Below are positions 59,017 to 64,000 of a stretch of DNA of 64,000 bases, piece by piece (position 1 is the first letter of the stretch; each line of letters starts with the position of its first letter). The stretch lies in assembly GCA_963845205.1 (NCBI GenBank), contig CAWJRC010000004.1:105040-169039 (forward strand), given 5' to 3'. Under the pieces are notes generated by a model that did not search any database, had not been told where the DNA came from, and saw only the letters and a program-made list of their open reading frames with translations. This DNA is from an uncultured archaeon (lineage in GTDB: Archaea; Nanobdellota; Nanobdellia; Pacearchaeales; GW2011-AR1). The position numbers and the translations under genes were made by a program.

Positions 59017-59538
59017 ATGAATAAAAGAGGGCAGGTCTGGATTGAAACAGTAATTTATACTCTAATCGCTTTTGTAATGATAGGGCTTGTCCTTTCTTTC
59101 GCCCAGCCGAAAATACAGCAGCTGCAGGACCAGGCAGTAGTGCAGCAGTCAATCAACTTACTGACCCAGATTGACTCAACAATAAACACGCTAGGCGGCG
59201 AAGGGAATTTAAGAATAGTCGAGCTGGGGATCAAGCAGGGGGAACTTAATATCGACGGCGTAAATGACCTTATCAGTTTTGACATGAACACCCAGAGCGC
59301 GTACAGCGAGCCGGGGAAAAACATCAGCAACGGAGATATACTGATCGACACAGAAAAATACAACAGCGAATACAAAGTGACCCTGACGATAAATTACCAG
59401 CAGGATTATGACATAGAATTCAACGGAGCAAATGCTCTGCAGACCCTCACTGCCGCTTCGACGCCCTATGAACTGACAATAGCAAATGCAGGAGAGGACG
59501 CTGAAAACAGAACAATACTAAACATGTCTCTTAGCTAA
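59017..59538 (+). CDS. class III signal peptide (pilin-like) protein
   Basis: MNKRGQVWIETVIYTLIAFVMIGLVLSFA. Confidence 0.6.
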   Translation: MNKRGQVWIETVIYTLIAFVMIGLVLSFAQPKIQQLQDQAVVQQSINLLTQIDSTINTLGGEGNLRIVELGIKQGELNIDGVNDLISFDMNTQSAYSEPGKNISNGDILIDTEKYNSEYKVTLTINYQQDYDIEFNGANALQTLTAASTPYELTIANAGEDAENRTILNMSLS

Positions 59539-59546
59539 ATAAAAAA

Positions 59547-61097
59547 ATGGATAATATTGAAGATTACGAAAAAGTAAAAATAGACTTTCATCCGAAGACG
59601 CCTTTGCTTGAAAGAATAGAAGACAAATCGCAGATTGATATCAGATACTGCCTTATCGCGCCGTTCGCATTTGTCCACATTTACTGGGATGCGAAAATCT
59701 ACGAGCTCGTTTATGAAATCGAAGAGCCGATACTTACAGAGCAGGAAAAATCCTCAAGAGACCAACTCACTTCAGCGATAAGAGACCTTATAAATTTTGA
59801 AGGAGTCGTGGAAAAAAATGAGGACACGCTTTTGGAATACATTGACAAGAGGCTTAAAATTCTCGCGGTAGAATTCGGAATGGACATACCTTATGAATCT
59901 TACAAAAAAATATATTATTATCTCTGCAGGGATTTCATCGGGATAAACGAGATAGAGCCCATAATAAGAGATTATTTTGTCGAGGATATAGAATGCAACG
60001 GGATCAACAGCCCAGTCTACATAATACACCGACTTTACAGAAGCATAAAGACGAATGTCAATTTCACGAGCATGGACAGCATCGAGAGTTTTGTAGAAAA
60101 ACTCGCGCAGAGATGCGGGAAGCATATATCCTACGCAAATCCGATTCTCGACGGAAGCCTGCCGGACGGAAGCAGAGTCAATGCTACATATACAACAGAT
60201 ATAACCAGCAAGGGGCCGACATTCACAATAAGAAAGTTCACAAAAACTCCATGGACTCCTATACAACTTCTTTCATTCAAAACACTCAGCCCCGAGATGC
60301 TCGCATATCTCTGGATCCTTATACAGTACAAGATGAATATTTTAGTGACAGGGGGAACAGCTTCGGGAAAAACGACGCTGCTTAATGCCATCGCTTTTTT
60401 CATACCTCCGGAAGCAAGAGTTGTAAGCATTGAGGATACGAGAGAACTAAATCTGCCTAGGGAAAACTGGCTTCCTAGCGTCACGAGAGAATCGACAGAA
60501 AACAGAAGAGAAAATGAAATAACATTATTCACTCTTTTGAGAAGTTCTTTCAGACAGAATCCAGATTATGTAATTGTCGGTGAAGTAAGAGGAAGAGAGG
60601 CGTCTGTCCTTTTCCAGGGAATGGCTTCGGGGCACTCATCGCTGAGCACAATGCACGCTGATTCGGTCGAGACACTGATAAAAAGACTTGAAACTCCGCC
60701 GATAGAACTTTCTCCGACGCTATTGAATGTTCTTGACTGCGTCTGCATCATGACGCACGCGATAGTAGGAAACCAGGAGACAAGAAAATTAAGGGAGATA
60801 GTCGAGATAGTAAATGTAAATCTCGACGGAACCGCAATAATAAACACTCCCTTCACATGGAGTCCCGCAGACGACAGATTTTATTTCAAGGGCGGCGAAA
60901 GAGTTTTTGAAAAAATTGTTAGAAGATACGGGATAAGAATGGAAGAGCTTGAAGCTGAATTCAGAAAAAGATCACAGATAATATATGAAATGTCAAAAAG
61001 GGGAATTTCAAAATTTGAAGAGGTTCAGGAATTAGTAAACCAGTATTACAAAAGGCCAAACGAAGTACTCAAGCAGTTCGGGATCGAACAAATTTAA
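59547..61097 (+). CDS. type IV pilus/archaellum-type secretion ATPase (FlaI/PilB/TadA family)
   Basis: Walker A TGGTASGKTTLLNA, Asp box, GEVRGREA, His box. Confidence 0.85.
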   Translation: MDNIEDYEKVKIDFHPKTPLLERIEDKSQIDIRYCLIAPFAFVHIYWDAKIYELVYEIEEPILTEQEKSSRDQLTSAIRDLINFEGVVEKNEDTLLEYIDKRLKILAVEFGMDIPYESYKKIYYYLCRDFIGINEIEPIIRDYFVEDIECNGINSPVYIIHRLYRSIKTNVNFTSMDSIESFVEKLAQRCGKHISYANPILDGSLPDGSRVNATYTTDITSKGPTFTIRKFTKTPWTPIQLLSFKTLSPEMLAYLWILIQYKMNILVTGGTASGKTTLLNAIAFFIPPEARVVSIEDTRELNLPRENWLPSVTRESTENRRENEITLFTLLRSSFRQNPDYVIVGEVRGREASVLFQGMASGHSSLSTMHADSVETLIKRLETPPIELSPTLLNVLDCVCIMTHAIVGNQETRKLREIVEIVNVNLDGTAIINTPFTWSPADDRFYFKGGERVFEKIVRRYGIRMEELEAEFRKRSQIIYEMSKRGISKFEEVQELVNQYYKRPNEVLKQFGIEQI

Positions 61098-61123
61098 TTT
61101 TCATATTCTAAAATTTTATTCAC

Positions 61124-61181
61124 ATGTGAGAGTGTTAAGTATTCGTGGCTTGAATGATGCTGTTAAGTAGCGTGGCTTTTT
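61124..61181 (-). repeat. ~58-nt repeat copy B (inverted relative to copy A), directly 3' of stop of 61185..62267
   Basis: reverse complement aaaaagccacgctacttaacagcatcattcaagccacgaatacttaacactctca matches 10535..10592 with ~6 mismatches. Confidence 0.7.
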
Positions 61182-61184
61182 AAC

Positions 61185-62267
61185 TTACTTTCCAGATTTG
61201 ATACGATTATCGTGTTTACATAGCATCTGACAATTTTCAGCAGTAGTTTTCCCACCCTTACTCCACGGGTCTATATGGTCTCCTTCCATTTCTTCTATTT
61301 CAAAATGCTTCTTACATTTTGGACAAATGCCTTTTTGTCTTTGGTATGCTTCTCTTTTTTGGTTAGATGTAAACTCACGAAGATTAAGGTATTTTTCATC
61401 TCTTGTTAAAATATAGGGAAAAATACCTGACTTCTTTTCAACTTCATCATCCTGCATTAATTTTGCTATTTCTTTGTCTATTGCTTTTGAGTTAAACTCT
61501 TTATCTTTAAATTTATTGTATAAAGTCCCAAAGTCTACTCCTTTCATTTCTTTATAGTAAGTGGAAAAAATTGCTTTTATCCAACTTATAACACTTTGAA
61601 AATATAACCATAATTCATTTGCATTAGGTTTATCCTGATTTTTAGCCATATATCCCTCTATCTTTCCATTACTAATCCAGCTAATCGCAGTTTCTAAATA
61701 ATCTTGGCGAATTGGAACTCCTGTTAGATAATCCTTTGCCATGTTATATGCTGGGCAACCTGTTTTACTAAAATGCCTTTTTGCGTCAGTTAGCCAAGTT
61801 CCTGTATAAATAGCATTTCTTAATTCTTGGTCGGTTAATTTTACTCCTGCAATATTTATTATTTTAAACCAATCCAACTTTTCTTTATCTTTTCCTTCAC
61901 AGAAATAAATCATCAATTTGTAATTTAGAATTTTCTCTTTTTCGTCATTTGTAAGATTATGAAAATATTTGAAATCTAATGCAAACTTTCCATCAACATA
62001 TTCACAAAAACTTATTGTCCTTTGCTGTCCATCCATTACTTCAAAAGTCCCATCTTCATTTTTAACCCAATACATCACATTTAAAGGAAAACTTTTGTTT
62101 ATTGTTTCAATTACAGCATCTCGCTGTTTATCTTTATAGATAAATTCTCTTTGATATTTTGGACGGATGTTTAATTTTCCTTTATACCCAATAACTCCTT
62201 CTTCTTCATCATTTTTGTATCCTTCTACGACATCTTTAATTGGTATTTGTTTAAGCTCTATTTTCAT
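61185..62267 (-). CDS. DUF262 (ParB/GmrS-like, DGQQR) + C-terminal HNH nuclease protein
   Basis: VMDGQQRTISF; C-terminal CPKC...DHIDPWSKGG...N...LC..CN HNH motif. Confidence 0.75.
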   Translation of the reverse strand: MKIELKQIPIKDVVEGYKNDEEEGVIGYKGKLNIRPKYQREFIYKDKQRDAVIETINKSFPLNVMYWVKNEDGTFEVMDGQQRTISFCEYVDGKFALDFKYFHNLTNDEKEKILNYKLMIYFCEGKDKEKLDWFKIINIAGVKLTDQELRNAIYTGTWLTDAKRHFSKTGCPAYNMAKDYLTGVPIRQDYLETAISWISNGKIEGYMAKNQDKPNANELWLYFQSVISWIKAIFSTYYKEMKGVDFGTLYNKFKDKEFNSKAIDKEIAKLMQDDEVEKKSGIFPYILTRDEKYLNLREFTSNQKREAYQRQKGICPKCKKHFEIEEMEGDHIDPWSKGGKTTAENCQMLCKHDNRIKSGK

Positions 62268-62291
62268 AGAATAATATCCAAAAAGAATTAT

Positions 62292-63257
62292 TTAAACATT
62301 CTTATTCTTTATTAGAATACGGACATATTTCTCTTTATCTTCTCCTTCAATAATTCCCCTATGCCTATGTTCTGGGTCTTTCCTTAGAGATTCAACTTCT
62401 GGAGATTTATCTCCACTATGGGTCTGCCCAATTATCTCAAATTGTTCTGGGTTATATTTATCTAAAAAAGTTAATGGAACTCCCATTACTCCTTTATAAT
62501 CTATTGGAATATCACTTACTTTATCAACATTTATAGCATTATAATTTTTATATTTAGGATAATCTTTTGGATTATATTTTTTGTAAAGAATTAAATTTTC
62601 GTGTCTTTTCTTATTGTCCAAATTGGTTAACCATACAATTGTCCCCATACTAAAGAATTTAGTCCCATTTTCTATTTTCTTTCTTGATTCCGTGGTTATA
62701 TCATAGTGTTCTGGAACTTTAAACCATTTTGTCCCACCATTATCAATTCCTAACCAAATTTTATTTTTTTTGATAAATTCAAAAGTATCTTTATTAGTGA
62801 GAGCATTTTGGTTTCCAATAATTAAAAACTTTTTATTGTATTTCATTAATTGAGCGATATATTCTCTAAATAAAGAGAAGGGCGGATTCGTAACAACAAT
62901 ATCAGATTTTTTTAATATTTCTATACATTCAGGGCTTCTAAAATCTCCATTTTGTTTCAAGGGAGTTTTTATTGTATTTCCATTAGTCTTTTCTAATTTA
63001 TAAGATGGTTTTTTGGTTTCAAAGTGTGTTGCTATTAATTTTTTTAATCCAAGAAATTTAAAATTTAAAGCAAAGTATTTCCAAAAGTTACTTTCTTCTG
63101 GGTCATCGCAATTAAGAAAAATAATTTTATTTTTGAAATGTTCTTTATAATGTCCTAACTCTTTTTCAATATCTGTAAGATTGGTATAAAAATCATCATT
63201 CTTAGCTACATTTGCCTTATGTAAACTTTTATTTAGGGTTTTCTTTTCCATTTCCAT
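62292..63257 (-). CDS. putative N6-adenine DNA methyltransferase (DxFYT...NPPF motifs, EcoRI-methylase-like)
   Basis: NDDFYTNLTD, IVVTNPPFSLFREY; overlaps upstream ORF by 29 nt. Confidence 0.55.
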   Translation of the reverse strand: MEMEKKTLNKSLHKANVAKNDDFYTNLTDIEKELGHYKEHFKNKIIFLNCDDPEESNFWKYFALNFKFLGLKKLIATHFETKKPSYKLEKTNGNTIKTPLKQNGDFRSPECIEILKKSDIVVTNPPFSLFREYIAQLMKYNKKFLIIGNQNALTNKDTFEFIKKNKIWLGIDNGGTKWFKVPEHYDITTESRKKIENGTKFFSMGTIVWLTNLDNKKRHENLILYKKYNPKDYPKYKNYNAINVDKVSDIPIDYKGVMGVPLTFLDKYNPEQFEIIGQTHSGDKSPEVESLRKDPEHRHRGIIEGEDKEKYVRILIKNKNV

Positions 63258-64000
63258 TTTTATTATTCATTTTTATGTCTGCCAAGACAGATAATTTACC
63301 TTTCTTTTCCAAATAACTTTTTAAATATTCCAAAAATTCTTTTGAATTTGCAAAATAATTAAGATATGCTTTTTTTAATTCTTCTACAGATTTTGCACCA
63401 ACAAGAACAACATCTTTATCTGGATTTCCCCCTCTCAATTTTTCTGCTTCAAGATAATGCTCTGATGCAAGAGATTCTGCTCCTTCGGGATAACCTCTAA
63501 TACTTAATTTTGCATTAGTCTCTTCCGATATATCTAATTCAAGTAAAAAGAAATCCAATTTTTTAAGTTCTGGTTCTATTATTCTTAACATTTCTGACCA
63601 ATTTTTCATTTTTGAGAATATTTTTAATTTATCTACTTTTTCTTTAATTGCTCTATATAGTTCATCGTCATCGGTTGGTGTTCCTTCTACTTCTTTTTGA
63701 TTTTCCATTTTTGCAAATGCTGAACTGACTAATTTAAAAAACTCTTTCCATTCTTCTTCACCTTCATTAGATTTAATTGCCTGTTTTGTAAATAAATCAA
63801 CTATTTCTATTGCAGTAGCCCATGCATGCTGTATCTTGCTTCTAATCTGAATTTCAATAAGTAAGCCGTCATATGTTTTTATCTTATCACTTTTATATCT
63901 ATAGATTAGGTGTATACTTCTATATCCATCTCCTTTAGGATTTTTTATATAATCCTTTTCCCTTATCCTCTTATGTTTTAATCCACGACTTTTCTTATAA
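63229..64000 (-). CDS. RelA/SpoT-homologue synthetase-domain protein (small-alarmone-synthetase/toxSAS-like) with ~200-aa C-terminal extension; 5'-partial (runs off window)
   Basis: Frame open beyond ORF-track Met to window end: ...DYIKNPKGDGYRSIHLIYRYK...GLLIEIQIRSKIQHAWATAIE matches RSH motifs DYI.PK..GY.S.H and EIQIRT...WAE. Confidence 0.65.
   Translation of the reverse strand, partial: YKKSRGLKHKRIREKDYIKNPKGDGYRSIHLIYRYKSDKIKTYDGLLIEIQIRSKIQHAWATAIEIVDLFTKQAIKSNEGEEEWKEFFKLVSSAFAKMENQKEVEGTPTDDDELYRAIKEKVDKLKIFSKMKNWSEMLRIIEPELKKLDFFLLELDISEETNAKLSIRGYPEGAESLASEHYLEAEKLRGGNPDKDVVLVGAKSVEELKKAYLNYFANSKEFLEYLKSYLEKKGKLSVLADIKMNNKNGNGKENPK

Noticed and set aside
10535-61181. Idea that the two inverted 58-nt repeats are terminal inverted repeats of a 50-kb mobile element
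   Set aside because: The intervening DNA carries core housekeeping genes (dnaG, ileS, argS, prs, rnhB, tRNAs) and no transposase or integrase. More likely a dispersed small repeat family.
1-64000. CRISPR arrays, rRNA genes, integrase/transposase genes
   Set aside because: No regularly spaced direct-repeat array, no rRNA-like conserved blocks and no recombinase motifs were seen in any frame. The tRNA genes show no flanking partial duplicates apart from the SRP-RNA-associated 20-mer.

Overview
AT-rich (~32% GC) archaeal window with compact, mostly leaderless-looking genes; gene content resembles DPANN-type archaea. It opens with the archaeal str operon: Rpo1 C-terminal part, NusA, uS12, uS7, aEF-2 and aEF-1α. 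It then carries housekeeping genes: DnaG primase, RNase HII, IleRS, ArgRS, PRPP synthetase, TrxR, diphthine synthase, DtdA and an SMC/Rad50-like ATPase. Four tRNAs are present: iMet-CAT, Ser-GCT, Thr-CGT and Leu-TAA. Many genes encode secreted, lipoprotein or surface N-glycoprotein products, including several paralogous families. The last ~11 kb is accessory. It holds an SRP-RNA-like gene whose 3' end carries a RelE/antitoxin cassette bounded by perfect 20-bp direct repeats. Next comes an archaeal type-IV-pilus-like locus (five class-III-signal pilins plus a FlaI/PilB-type ATPase). Finally there is a translationally coupled minus-strand operon: RelA/SpoT-like synthetase-domain protein, NPPF adenine methyltransferase, DUF262(DGQQR)+HNH nuclease. 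This operon is the best candidate for an undescribed defence-type system. Other notable items are a GGDEF diguanylate cyclase with intact GGEEF and RxxD sites, which is unusual for Archaea, and an Rpo1 ORF in which bridge helix and trigger loop are not split into A'/A''. A ~58-nt repeat also sits just after the stop codons of two genes 50 kb apart. No CRISPR array, rRNA or integrase was seen.
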